Shown here in pieces: positions 12,428 to 26,019 of a DNA stretch of 64,000 bases (its first letter is position 1; every line of letters starts with the position of its first letter). The stretch comes from Paraphysomonas bandaiensis. Its lineage: Eukaryota; Protista; Chrysophyceae. Both the position numbers and the translations under genes were made by a program. Location of the stretch: assembly GCA_965644295.1 (NCBI GenBank), contig CBFFRP010000598.1, positions 22,403 to 86,402 on the forward strand, written 5' to 3'. Below the pieces are notes generated by a model, which was given only the letters and a program-made list of their open reading frames with translations, did not search any database and was not told where the DNA came from.

Positions 12428-15400
12428 TCACACAGCTTTAATTTCAGCATTTTGAGAGTCCAGGTCAGATGAAAGTGAGTCACTGGTACGTATTATTTCC
12501 CTGTCATCATGAACGAGCTCATCATAGGGCGACTGCATGGGATTCCAATCCATCGTAATCGAGCTTTGTCTTGTAGAGGTGCGGTAAGGGAAAATATTGA
12601 TAAAACCAGTCGTATGATTTGGCGACTCCACAGGTGGTACAGCATCGGAAGAGTGGTTATCCAAAGTCACGCATTCTGTGCTAGGAGATACATATATGGA
12701 CTTTTTGTAGTAGTAGCTGGTTACTCCGCCCACTACAATAATTGTAGCACACAAAATAAAGAGAATTAAAACAGGAGTCGTAAATAGAGTGGTTGTGGAT
12801 GGTTCTGAAACTTTTTCATGTTGTTCCTCAGAATTGACATCAAGAAGCACAGGACATGTTCCATCGATTGGTGTAGATAATACCGGAAGTTCTAGGTACC
12901 ATTCCCTGCATCGATCAGCCGGTGACCGGTGGTCGCTATCATGACAAATGCATGCTGTGCCGTTTGAATTACACGTGCCAAGCCAGCTGCAGTAGTAGTC
13001 AACTGATCCCGGCAAACAGCATTCTCCGTGGTTGAGTTCCGGACCGAGATGATGCACCATACACTGTTCTGTAGCCCAGTAGTGCATATTGTCGCACACA
13101 CACGTAGTTCCACTTGCATGACAGTATCCATTATTGTTACATTCAGATCGGCTACTTGGAAAACACGAAAACTCCGATGCGCCTAAAAATGAGGAAATAG
13201 TAGGGGGAATAGGATACCAAGTACTGCAGCGATCCTCCGAATACCGGTGCTCTGTATCATGACACAAACACTCCAGACCATCATGAGAGCAAGTGCCCTG
13301 CCAGCTGCAGTACTGGTCTACAGTATCAGGATAGCAAAACCAGCCGTCCTCAAGCTCTCGCCCGTCGTGCCATGTAGAGCATTGTTCAGAGGGCCAGTAG
13401 TGAAGGTAGTCATCACATACACACTCGTCTCCAGTATCGGAACAATATCCACGATTGTGGCATATCTCCCGGTCACCAGCAATGCATTGAAAAGAAGGTG
13501 GTTGTATGCTAGGTGCATAAGTAGGATATAGTGTCAGTGATGTAGTAGGTAGTGATGCATACCAAGTACTGCAGCGATCCTCCGAATACCGGTGCTCTGT
13601 ATCATGACACAAACACTCCAGACCATCATGAGAGCAAGTGCCCTGCCAGCTGCAGTACTGGTCTACAGTATCAGGATAGCAAAACCAGCCGTCCTCAAGC
13701 TCTCGCCCGTCGTGCCATGTAGAGCATTGTTCAGAGGGCCAGTAGTGAAGGTAGTCATCACATACACACTCGTCTCCAGTATCGGAACAATATCCACGAT
13801 TGTGGCATATCTCCCGGTCACCAGCAATGCATTGAAAAGAAGGTGGTTGTATGCTAGGTACATAAGTAGGATATAGTGTCAGTGATATTGGTGGAATTGT
13901 GCCGCTAGGTGATGAAGTAGGTAGTGATGCATACCAAGTACTGCAGCGATCCTCCGAATACCGGTGCTCTGTATCATGACACAAACACTCCAGACCATCA
14001 TGAGAGCAAGTGCCCTGCCAGCTGCAGTACTGGTCTACAGTATCAGGATAGCAAAACCAGCCGTCCTCAAGCTCTCGCCCGTCGTGCCATGTAGAGCATT
14101 GTTCAGAGGGCCAGTAGTGAAGGTAGTCATAGCACACACACTCGTCTCCAGTATCAGAACAATATCCACGATTGTTGCAGTAAGAAACATCACCGGGAAT
14201 GCATAATATGCGAGTTGGGTGGCTGGTAGGTGTTAAAGTGGGTAAGGATGTAGGAATCACAGTCGGGGCAGCAGAAGGAGATCCAGTTGGGGAAACAGTC
14301 GGTGATTGAGTTGGGTTTCTGGTCGGGAAGGACGTTGGACTGTTAGTCGGACATAGAGTGGGATGCATGGTCGGGGTAGCCGTCGGTACTGTAGATGGAG
14401 AGCTGGTTGGGATCAAAGACGGACAAACAGTCGGTGAAGATGTTGGAGAACTGGTCGGGGAAATGGTGGGAGAAAATGAAGGTAAAGAAGACGGTGCACC
14501 AGAAGGAGCTACAGTGGGATAATAAGTTGGAAACGCAGTCGTTTGCGACGAAGGCATCTGTGTGGGAAATTGTGTTGGCAGTGGATCACTAGTTAGTTTT
14601 AGCGCATACAACTTGCCGTCATCATTTCCAATGTACAGCACTGCGCCGCTGGGAGCCAGTCTCGGCTCCGTCTGATATATCTGCAAGGCAAAATAAACAG
14701 TATGACTTTCAATAGAACATCGTTGCGTATACTTACCACACTACCCAGAGAAAAAGTAGACAGGCGTTCGCCAGTCGTACAATTAACAGCATGAACAGTG
14801 CGTCCATATTCAGCAAAAAACAACACACCCTCTGTTGGACCGAACCCCATAGCAGGGACCGATACAATCTACGGTGGAGTTAGAAAACTATTCAATGTAA
14901 CATTATACTGCTACCATACATGTGATGATGTGTAATACTCCCATATACGACTGCCTGTAACCGCATCTACAGCAATCATTTTCCTTCCGAGGGTACCCAC
15001 ATAAACAACTCCGTTCCAATACAAGGATCCGTCCTCTGTCTGAGCACATCGACATAAGTGTGCTGATACGTATGTTTTCACATCATATAATACTTACGCA
15101 TGCACCAAGATTGTATCGCCATATTATTGATCCAGTTAAGCTGTTTAGAGCCCAAAGTGAACCGTCACATGTGCTGAAGAATACAGATCCATCGTCACTC
15201 ACGGAGGGATAAGAGGCCATCTATATACACGAGTAACAAATATATATGATCGATAAAAGTGATATACCAAACTATTTTGAATTTGACTGGAAAACTCCCA
15301 CTTTTTTAGTCCAGTCGCTGTATCTATAGCATAGAGTTTGCCGTTTCCGAGAGTTCCTTGATATACAGTGTCGCCTTGAACTGTAGCTCCGTTATATGCC

Positions 15401-16019
15401 TATTGAATGTGAAGAGATGGGACAAAAACCAACACTCAATACCGTAAATGATGTGAAGTAACTCCAAAGTACATTTCCAGTATTACCATCCAATTTAAAT
15501 AGTCTGGCAATAGAGGAGGTTGATATATACAAGTTTCCGTCTTCATCCAAAGCAATGCCAGCATAATTCTATTATTTAATACTTGAGCACGCTGCAGCAC
15601 ATACAAACACTGATTACCACAGGATATAAGGTTCTAAACCAGATGATATTTCCATTTTCTCCATTGAGACAAGCAATTCTACCGGTAGTAGTAGCGACAT
15701 AAACTTTTCCGTCATCCCTCACAGCGGGTGTGGATTGTGTCTAATCAAAGAGCTCGTTATCAGAATTGTTCAGAAGCATCCGCTACTCTACCGGTTCAAT
15801 ATATCTGCTCCACAGCGTAGCTCCTGTGTCCCCATTCACTGATGAAATAACGCCCGATCGAGATCCCACGTATACCTGTCCTGCGAGTCCGATGGCAGGA
15901 GCGGATCGGATGCTATTCGATGTAGAGTGTAGCCACAGGACAGATAACTCGATAGTGGCCCCTGTCTGTGTAATCAATGCGATCAACAGAGACAGAAATA
16001 GTCGCGATGAAACAAACAT
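12428..16019 (-). CDS. Type I membrane protein: signal peptide, PQQ/BamB-like beta-propeller, Pro/Thr/Ser mucin-like stalk, 8 EGF-like Cys modules, TM helix, cytoplasmic tail
   Basis: Signal MFVSSRLFLSLLIALITQTGA. Propeller blades (VYVGSRSGVISSVNGDTGATLW, GKLYAIDTATGLKKW, LYIGNDDGKLYAL) spread over many small exons. PTxSPT repeats, C-x-C-NRGYC-x-CVC-x-C modules, and TM ILFILCATIIVVGGV. Confidence 0.85.
13215..14180 (-). repeat. Three near-identical intragenic repeats (periods 345 and 372 bp), each encoding an EGF-like pair
   Basis: The same sequence recurs at 13247, 13592 and 13964, with frame preserved. Confidence 0.9.
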
Positions 16020-16556
16020 TGTGTACAATGCGTCTTATCAAACTTTGAGAGAGGTTTGAAGGTGGTGAGATAGTGTGTAAGTGTGCCATGTATGCGATAA
16101 ACGTGAAGTGATTCTTGCTATGATGAGGGGTTCGAACTTCACTTCAAAGTAACATATCTGCACCTTCAATTCAAACCTGTCCGCATCTAGATACTACCTG
16201 CACTACACCGCATACACATACACTTGCTGTACAGTGTCTCTCATATCTTTTCATGCCTCAGTATCTTCAATGCAGTGTCCACTTCACTTTGGAGAATTCA
16301 AGTCAATGACGGTCGACTATTTTTCATGTATTTCTTTCGTATACGGGGTGTATACTGGAATAGGGTTGCAATCCGGATTGACCGTCCTGCTATATACGTA
16401 CAGCAGTGTGTTCCGTGTTCTGTCAGTATCCATGTATCTCATATCAGAATATATGATCCTGTAGCATCCCTGCGTACATACATACACACAAGCCTCCTGA
16501 TATTAACATCATCATATTATCAACTCAGATACTCTGCTTTTATAGCTTATAAGACA

Positions 16557-17070
16557 ATGGCTTCATTCTATCTCAATACTCTCCAAACGTACTTGCCTCT
16601 CATTGGTGTGAATGCAGTGGCTATTCAATTGGGAACCGCCCGCTGTCGGCTTGAAAATGAGACCCCCTCCCAGAAAGTGGACACAGGCAACTGGCCGTTG
16701 AAGAATGTAATAAATTAACCTGGAAATATGTGTTTAACTTAAGCACCAGGTGTTTAAAACGGTGTTACTGGTGTTTGGGCCATCCAAGGCCTCCAAACAA
16801 GAGCGAGCGGAAGCTATCCAGGTTTTTATTGATCTGCAGAGAAACTTTTTGGAAAGTGTCGTACCTTTTACAGCAATGGCATGCGGTGTCGCCTTGACCG
16901 TAAAATCTCCTTCTGCTAATGCTTCTCTGGCAGTCCAAGTGTTTTGTGTGAGCCGAACTTTGCACAACTTACTCTTCGTATATCCTCATCAGCCGTTTCG
17001 CGCTTTTTCTTTTGTTCCACAGTTATTATGTCAACTCGTTCTTGCGTGGGAAATGTTTAGTTCACGTTAA
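16557..17070 (+). CDS. MAPEG family protein (microsomal glutathione S-transferase/PGES-like)
   Basis: QRNFLESVVPF and RTLHNLLFVYPHQPFRAFSF parallel the MGST1 motifs HxNDLENIxPF and RIxHT...QPNRAL. One intron at 16707-16749. Confidence 0.8.
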
Positions 17071-18165
17071 AGCTGTGCAGAATCACTTATAGGATGTAGC
17101 AAGTAGACCGCCTGTTAACAAGTCACTAACGGCAAAATATCCAGAACTCTTACAGTTTAGCAAATAAGCAATCAACATTTATTTTTAATTAAATCTCAAA
17201 TTCTGGTAAAGAGTCCTTGATTATACAGGGGAATATTGTTATAGTACAATTACAGAACGTATTTCGTGAATACAAGGACATATAAAAAATTCGACTGTAA
17301 TCACTGAATTACCCACCATGGTGGGGCACGAAGCTATACTTTCAAAGATACGATATTAATATGAGAAAAAATAATGAGTGTACGTACAGAAAACGAGTAT
17401 TTTCTTTATTTCCTTCATCTTCTGTGTCGTATAGAGTCTTGGTTGTGCAGAATAGTAGTGAGTGTGTTTTTATTATATTACCGACGTTACGTACTAGTTA
17501 CAAGTAATCGGTAATCTGTATCTGTTAGTAGTTAAATTCATGTTGTCTATATATTAGATTAGAGCTCTACACCCTACGGAATTCAGTATTAGTGTCATGG
17601 TAAATATCGACTGGTATCTTAAGGCTTTGTTAGTAAATCAATCGCATAGGATCTAAGAAAGAGTGCAAACGTTTCATTGACAACTAAGAGTATGCACATA
17701 ATAAAAAGAAGAAATTTCTTTGGTATTTCATTTTAACAAAAATACAAACTAGCAACAGGCAATTAGGAATAATACCAATAAGATACCTTTTTATGACGTT
17801 AAGCAGTAATCAGTACCTGTTAATAGCTAACTTCAGGGCGTCTACATATCTACATAATAGATTAGCATTGTACACCTCACAGGTACCAGTGTGTGGAGCA
17901 TAAATCAGCGCTTTCTTAATAACTCAAGTATACAGGTATATGAATTGATATAAACATCGTTGTCCGTTGAGAGTTTACATATTCTATTATGACATATGGA
18001 GGGACACCATCCACTTATTAAAGTTAAGTTTTCCAGGATAGAATATGTGCAAAATATTGAAAAAGTAGCTATAATTTTTATTTATGTGGTCGTGATTGTA
18101 ATAATATATTTACTCTATTTATTTTAATAGTAACGAATAGTATTTTAGCAATTCCAATTTATCCT

Positions 18166-19561
18166 TTAATATGATTTGCTATTACTGACACTAACAACAA
18201 AAAGAAAAAACGAAGCGACCGCTGTAGACACTTTAATAATCATGTTGAAAGTAATAAATTGTCTAGTGCCATAAAATGGCACTCCAAGGGGAATAGCCTG
18301 CACTTTTAGGATAGCCATTTGATACGCAGAAATATTGCTATCGTCAAACTGCACATGTGCTTGTACATCACCGAGCGCCAACAAAATCCTGTAGACATAA
18401 CGCTCAGTCAGCGATGTGGCAAATATTCTCCGAATAAGCACAAGAAAGTGAATAATATATAAATGAATGAGCAAAAACATGAGTGTTTATCTACCTCTCA
18501 TTTTGGGCGTACACACTGGCAACGCTGCATGATACGAGTAATAGAACTACAATATTCACACCAACCCATATGACACCCGATATGGAGGTTCGCCCCGGTA
18601 ATTCGTTCAATAAGAAAGACTATGCATAAAAACATGAGTATCACAAGTAAGTGGTATATATTTCAGTTACCTCGAGAAGAAATGCAGTAAGGGGGGCACA
18701 GATTCCAATATTTACGGTAGTCATAAGGCTAACTTTGGACACAAGAAGTTTATTAGCCCCATGAAGCTCATCATACCAGTCCATCAACTGTGCAACTGAT
18801 AGTTCTTTATTGTCACCTGTCCTAGAGGCAGATATTCGGGACACTAAGGCTTTAGCCCGGCAAACTAGTGCGTATGAAGGGATACATATAAACATCATGG
18901 ACAGAAACCAGCCATAGCTATAGAAATACCAAAAACAAATACCAAATACAGTAAACCAAAGCTTCCTAGTTAACGGTAGAATAGTGTAGAAACCATCAGC
19001 AGATAGATAAACTACAGAAACACACGTTAAATTTATAATCACGCCCAATGCCACGAGGGTAGTTATGAGCCACGACACACGCTTCACATTTGTGTCATAG
19101 TCAGAGTCAACGTAGCCGTGTTTGCTGAACAACTCATTAGCATGAGACCTCAAAAGGGTGTGCATAAATTTGACAAGAGACTCCTTGCGAAATATAATAT
19201 CATATGCTACTAGTACATATATAGTTGTGGAATGAATCATCCAAACCGCGTTGCTCAATCGGTGAAAAAATGCACCGTTTACAGGTGACAAGAACATACT
19301 AATTAAAACCCCTGCCAGAACTATTATCATCACTGACGATATCATAATCGGAAGTATAGTAGAATTCCGAAACGTACACAAACCAGCCCATCTCAATATA
19401 CACACTGGACCTTTCAAGTGTGGAACATCATCCACTAAAAGGGCGGTATTATCAAAGCTTGCTGCTGCACTGGAGAAACTCATTGGGTTCATAGTCGACG
19501 CTGTCGAGCAGCTTTTGTTACTCTGACGAACACTAGTACTATTCATATATGCAGTTGACAT
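18166..19561 (-). CDS. ~425-aa polytopic membrane protein, gustatory-receptor-like/DUF3537-like 7TM ion channel candidate
   Basis: Introns at 18620-18670 and ~18428-18494 give an open spliced frame with about 7 hydrophobic segments. ILRWAGL lies before TM1, and the C-terminus reads IPLGVPFYGTRQFITFNMIIKVSTAVASFFLFVV. Confidence 0.6.
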
Positions 19562-20198
19562 CGAACAATAAAACTATGACCTCGAAGCCCTCGCCTTGCA
19601 ACGTCTACGAAACCCCAATTACACCAAACTATACTGATAAAGTAGTGACACTGATATCTAAAACCAGTGAGCTAGATCTACCAGTATGGTGGTGGTTGCC
19701 TTCATGCGGATCTGTGGTGCGGCTGATGTGATGTGCTGTGTACAGTGTACACCATATACAGACTACTGTTAGTACAATGTATTCTATGTATACGGTGCAT
19801 TCACACAATCAAATGTGAGTGAAGAGCATGCGTATCTATGAGGAGGACTTCGAAGTGAATGTGATGTGGATATATGCATGTATGAGTACATGATTCAGAG
19901 GCTCTGCTGCTGCCTCTACTCACAGACACGAGTGAGGACTATCAACAGTGTGTGGTCATAGTGGTGTATAGTGGTGTGTACTCCTGCTTTCTTCAATATA
20001 TCTAGCACGAAAGTAACTCCACTATCCTACGAATAAATACGCTTTATCCACTATTGATTGGATGTGAGTGTTTCTAGTGGTCAATCACATGTATATATGT
20101 GTTATATATACTATACGAACTGTGATGTGATATATCTGACAGACTGTTTGCTCCCATACACTGCGACAGTTGAGGCGTCGTGGTGGTTATTCCGTGAC

Positions 20199-21312
20199 AT
20201 GTCTTCTGTCTCTGTGTCTGTCTCTGCATCCGCCCCTCCGCGCAGTGAATCATATGTGGTGAAGGCGTTACTCTCTGGATCTGTGTGTGCTTTTGTGGCT
20301 GCTCTCGTTAATCCTCTTGATGTCGTTAAGGTAACGCTCCGTTGAACTTATGGCGTTATTTATACCAATTTGTAAATATCAGATTCGAATGCAAAATCAA
20401 TCTCTGAGTAGTCCGTGGCCAGAGAAAACTATGATCTCTGGTCTTATCAGAATTTATCGTGATGAAGGAATACGTGGTTGGTGTCGCGGGGTGAATGCAT
20501 CGATCCTGCGCGAACTATTTTACTCGTCTATTCGCATTGGAGCTTATGAGCCAATTCTATTACTATTGAGTAAGGGAAATGACGAATTACCATCACCTGC
20601 AGCTAAATTTGCAAGTGGTCTACTGTCGGGAGGTATCGGATCCGCACTTGGAAACCCAACAGATTTAGTGAAGGTATTAGTTTATTTATTTCTGAATCAC
20701 TGTGTTAATAATGTATCCGTAGATAAATTTTCAAGCGTTGCTTCCAGGCGGAACTCTACCGTACCGAACAACATTCGGGGCTTTTACGTATATATTTAAG
20801 TCTCAAGGCGTATCAGGGTTGTATAAAGGTTGGGCTGTCACGTCAACGCGATCAGCAATTCTTACCTCAGCTCAAATGGGAAGCTACGATAGCATCAAAA
20901 ATAACTTTCTTCGGAAGCACTTGGGTATGCAAGATGGGTACCCATTACATCTAACTGCATCACTTATATCTGGTCTTATTACAACGACAGCTGCTAATCC
21001 AGGTATAAAGCTTTGAAAGTGCGACTGCATTCATAATTATTTATTTTTTGTAGTGGATGTCATTAAGACGAGATACATGAGTGATGTTGCTGGTAGATAT
21101 AGGAGTCCTCTACAGTGCGTACTTGCTACCTATAGGGAGGGCGGAATATATATCTTCTTCAAGGTTGCACAGAACATTGCAATTTTAAAGTAGTTGACAT
21201 TGTTATATTACAGGGATGGACTCCGTCATATTGCCGTCTTGGTCCACATATATGCCTATCTTTCCTTCTAATTGAACAAGCTAGAATCTGTATGGGTTTT
21301 CCCACTATATAG
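20199..21312 (+). CDS. Mitochondrial carrier (SLC25), UCP/oxoglutarate-carrier-like
   Basis: Three PxDxxK signatures (NPLDVVK, NPTDLVK, NPVDVIKTR), RELFYSSIRIGAYE, and KGWTPSYCRLGPH. Four short introns. Confidence 0.92.
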
Positions 21313-22228
21313 CCTGCAGTCAGTGCAGGGTGTGTATACGAAAACGTTTAATGTAAATATTTTATTGCAGTAAAATAAAACCCCACTGATTTTGGGAATG
21401 GTATATCTATTATATCTATTCAATTTCACGACAGGTTAATGATATAATATATGTTATGTTTTGGTTAAAATTTTGACGAGAAGTTCAGCTAGAGTGTAGA
21501 AAACGCTTTGCATTTCAACGTCTGCCCTATCTTGTACATTACTATTCCGATGAGTAGTGCTAGAATACAGTGTAGCCTTTCAACAACTTGAGCATTTCAA
21601 TCATAGAATTTATTCTGGTACTTGTTAGAATTGGACACTTCACTTAAGTTAACCTAGCTCAACACGTAAACCTTAACCGTGCTTTGTTACACGCAGTGCA
21701 AAGAATTAGAATATTATTAAGCTCAGCAATTCTCACCAGTATCATCTGTTCTCACCAGTTACTCCTATATCATACATAGTCAATAGTAACACATCAGTAA
21801 CTGAATTTACTTCCTTTGTAACTATATTTTCCTGACACACGTATGAGTTGACTTCACCTATTGCACACTATCAACCCACTGCAATGTACAATGTACAATA
21901 TATATCGCATCCTACTGCAGAACTCAACACTCCTGGCATGCCAAGTCTCTATTTTCTATATTGTAACTTGCAACCTCTTCGATTAATATATTTCACATAG
22001 TCAGACTTGGGAATGAGTACACTACCACACTACAGATCACTGAAGAGGCACCAAAAATTACTAATCGTAGTCTATCATATGCGATGAAAAATAACAGAAA
22101 GAGTATACTCTTGCCTTTAAATTTCACCATAAAAGAAAATTTGTCTAGAAACTATAGCAAGTCATAGCACTAAGGTTTCGGCGTACAGGTTCTAAATATT
22201 ACTGATGTGTTGTAAAAATCAAAGAAGA

Positions 22229-24454
22229 TTACTTCTTAGGTGCAGGTAGATCAGCTTTACTATCAATTTCGCTTCGGGGCCGCTTTCCAGTAATATTGTT
22301 CCCATCCGACAAATTGTGCCCTTTCGCGTCGATAACTTCCACCTGATCGTCAATAACCTCACACACCCCATCGTCGTCATCTGCGCTCTCTTTATTACCA
22401 GTCGCTGTTGACGTAGAGCTGTTTCTCACTCTAGCCTTCGCCTACATACATATACTAAGTAAATAAAAAAGAAGACAGGTTGGTACATACCTGACTGGCG
22501 CCCATAAGTCTAAATCCTTCCGGGTATTCTTCCTCGTCCAGCTCTTCACCAGCAACATGCCGCACTACGAGCGATATCTGCAGGTTCACACAGAATACAT
22601 TATTCAAAACCATATATATAAGGACAGCTGGAATAGCTTCAAAAGGTACTATACAAACACCAGTAGCCTACCGACAGATCCTGCCTGAAGTCTTCCAGTG
22701 TCACTATTGTTCCATCAACTATTCCCCCTCCCGGACACTGAGAAAGAGTACATGATAGATGCGCAGTGAGAGTTTCATCCATCTCATCCCCTTCTTCATA
22801 TATCACAGATGCTCCAATCATTACGGAGGGCTCTACCAAACCGAGGCGGCGTTTCACAACACTAGATACAAGTGTATCAAGGGTAGATTTCTCTGTATCG
22901 ATCTGCAAAACATTTCGACAACTAAATCACTTGCAGTCACATTGAATATCTCCGCAGACAAACAATTGTAGAGCCATACACCAAGAAAAAATCAATATGA
23001 CACAACGATTATTATACAACAGAAGAGAGTTCCATGTGCTAATATAGAACTTACCTCCAAGGTCTGCTGCGATGTATTGCAGACATAGCAATCCTCTTGA
23101 GGCTCGGAAGTCGAAGAGGGACAAAGATAATGTCCTCTTCTGGTAGGCATGCGTTGACAGTACGTCGTGGGACAACTGTTTCGCTTCAACGCTACATCCG
23201 CACTCATTTGAGACAAAATATGCATTGCCTGCGCCACTTGTACGCCAGCGATTATTGCATTTGTTGAGGCAATAGCCGGAATAATATTTCCCGCTACCCC
23301 CTTGGCATCATGAAAAGACATGGGTTCGATATCGAACACCCTGGAGCGTAAATTGGAGGCAGCTGTCACAAAACTCATGATGAACTTGTTATCTTTCTCA
23401 AACACATAACTTCCCAGCAATTCCCGGGATTCGGTAGTCGAAATGGCTTCATACATGCACGCAACAAGTTCGGTGATGCATTCCGAGTTTGTCCACAGAG
23501 CCCTGTCCCAGCCCTTCTTGTTAGAAGGGCGCGGTTTAGACCCTTCTAACACCATTCGAGCGTAATCACATCCATGAGTAATTGTTTCAACGGGTACAGG
23601 TTCCGGAACGCGCTTTGAGGACTTGTACACGCCCATATCGATCTGCTTCCGGACTTCGAGGTGAAATACTGCCTCCAAGAGAATCCGTGCGTGTTCTATC
23701 AATGCAGCAATATCCCCACTTTGCGGCAAAGCTACGTGGGACATATAGGTAGACTCTTCCACGGTATTCATATCCTCATAAAGCATTGACTCTGATGTAG
23801 ATCCAAATATGAGCTTGAATAGCTCTTTGGCCCACACAATACAATGGACAGGCTTGTCAGGTGTCGATCTTATAGTGCAGATAGGGTACACTTTTTGAGT
23901 AACCTTAGGTCGACACTCATAGCACTCGGTCTCGCCTTTAATAATGGGCATCACTTGACCAATGTATCCCGTTGTTCCCGACTCAATTAGAACCACATTA
24001 GCTGCAAGACATAACCTGTTCACATGACGGCGTGCATCCACATTGTCCAGAGCATTCAAAACGATATTAAACTTAGAAAAGAATGCCACATTGAATTCGG
24101 GGTCTTTTACATTCTTATGGTATGCAGTTATACTGACATCGGGATTAAACTGCAGAGCAGTTTCAGCCGCAACAGTTGATTTCGGTTTATTAACATGTTC
24201 TCGTCGAAACTGCACACAATGTTAGCATAAAGCACAGCTGCACGTAACCCTCGTACCAGGAACTGTCTGTTCAGATTTGAGACATCAATGATATCCAAAT
24301 CAACGATTTCAATGGTTTTGAATCCGCTCATGACGAGGTTCTTTAGCACCTCACAGCCAATGCCGCCCGCTCCCACTACCAGCACACGGCTCTTTTGAAT
24401 ATAGTCGAACCCTGATGCACCTGCATACGAAACGGAAGGGGAATACCTTTCCAT
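22229..24454 (-). CDS. UBA2: SUMO-activating enzyme subunit 2
   Basis: [45 protein letters not shown], catalytic [36 protein letters not shown]-terminal Ubl domain and basic tail. Confidence 0.95.
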
Positions 24455-24951
24455 TTGCAGAGAAGATACTCAAAAGTTTATCTACTCGTTGTTCTGTGAC
24501 GAGAATTGCTTGGCATGCTGTTCCTGTAGCCTAGAGACACACCCATCGCCTATGCTGCTGTGTACAGCACAGTTGTACGTTGTGTAGCCTGTGTTGCGTA
24601 TTCCTGCTGCGTACTGCTGTACTATTATTCTGGTGTGTATATATAGTGTACAGCGGTATACGTATACATATACAGACACACATCCGTATTTGTTTCCATT
24701 CTGTAGGTACATGTATGTCATAGTGATCTGAATGAGACGCAGTCCCAGTATACGGGTACAGTATACCGAGCACCCCCATATGTCCAGTATATGCAGCAGA
24801 CTATAGCTATCTGTTTCCATTCCCCATTTGGTGGTTGTTTGAAACAAAGTTTCACTGCTGCGCTTATTGTTACTGGTTGCTTCAGGGCGAATGTGTTAAA
24901 CCTCAACTAAAATATCAAGTTGTACTTCTTATTAGTAAGCTAACTGTCGAA

Positions 24952-26019
24952 ATGGCCTGGTCTACTATTCCTGTGTCCGAGACACTGAATTCAGTTATTG
25001 GAGATTTTGTTGTATTTTTTACGGAAATAATTCATAACCCCAGTGTGGAGAATCTGTTGTTTCAATATTCCGTTTTGCAGAACGCCCATTCAGGGGAGAG
25101 CTTTCAAATTGTGGTCGCATGGGGCACAGCCGTTCTCTTTCTTCTTGTTTGTATTGCTGTGTACACCACTTGGCGCGGAACTGACAGTACTAATAGCATA
25201 GATGTTAAAAAAACAGATGTCGATAACAGCGCATCAGTACCTACCAGTGATGTAAATGTTACCCCATCCTCGACCAGGGAAGAGAGCAAGACACGCATTA
25301 GTAGTTTCGCATCTGTTCAGGTTGAATCTCACTTAGTTGTACCAACCCCCTTACATATATTGTTAGGCACAGCGTATAGCTAATTCACCTGGCATTCCGA
25401 CCGGTAATGGGAGCCCCTATCGACCCTCGGCTTACCGGGACAAGCTCCGCAGCGAATTGGAAGGGAAGAGTAGTAGGGCTACTTCCCCTCTCACTGTCCT
25501 CTCTCAGACAAGCTTTAACCAAGCAATGTCTGTTGTTTCAGACCCTGAGTCATCCAGTTCCAATAGGTACGATGCGAACTCGTTGTAATTTTTATGGACT
25601 AGTCATACTTTTTTATATTGTGGTAATATTTTGTGAGTTTTTTACGATATGATTATATAAATGAAGTATGTCCGTTCTAATGCACTGGTATTAGTGGCTT
25701 CACTGCCGAGAGCACACCTAGCCGAGTCCTCTCCCGTGAGCATTCTACACATGTAGCTGCCGAAAGCGTCTTGACGCAGTCTATATCGGACCCCAATGTG
25801 CTTATTGGATGGCGTATTGTAGTGTCTCGGTACGGGTCCGGTGTGGTTTTGGAATGCATCAAGAAAAAATTCCGCTCAACAAGATTCAGAGTTTTATTCG
25901 ATGATGGCAAAGTAAGATTTTTGAAGCTGAAGCGCAGTGAAACCAAGGGTGTAGTACCATTCACTCTTATCAATACAGCGAGTGGGAAGGCTGCGTTGCA
26001 TTCATCTCGAGATTCCTGA
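24952..26019 (+). CDS. Hypothetical single-TM protein with C-terminal SH3/KOW-like beta domain
   Basis: Three exons can be spliced in frame. TM IVVAWGTAVLFLLVCIAVY, Ser-rich linker, and C-terminal LIGWRIVVSRYGSGVVLE...RFRVLFDDG. Confidence 0.6.

Noticed and set aside
16120-16150. ggttcgaac, a tRNA T-loop/B-box-like motif
   Set aside because: No cloverleaf or upstream A-box. No tRNA or rRNA gene was recognised anywhere in the window.
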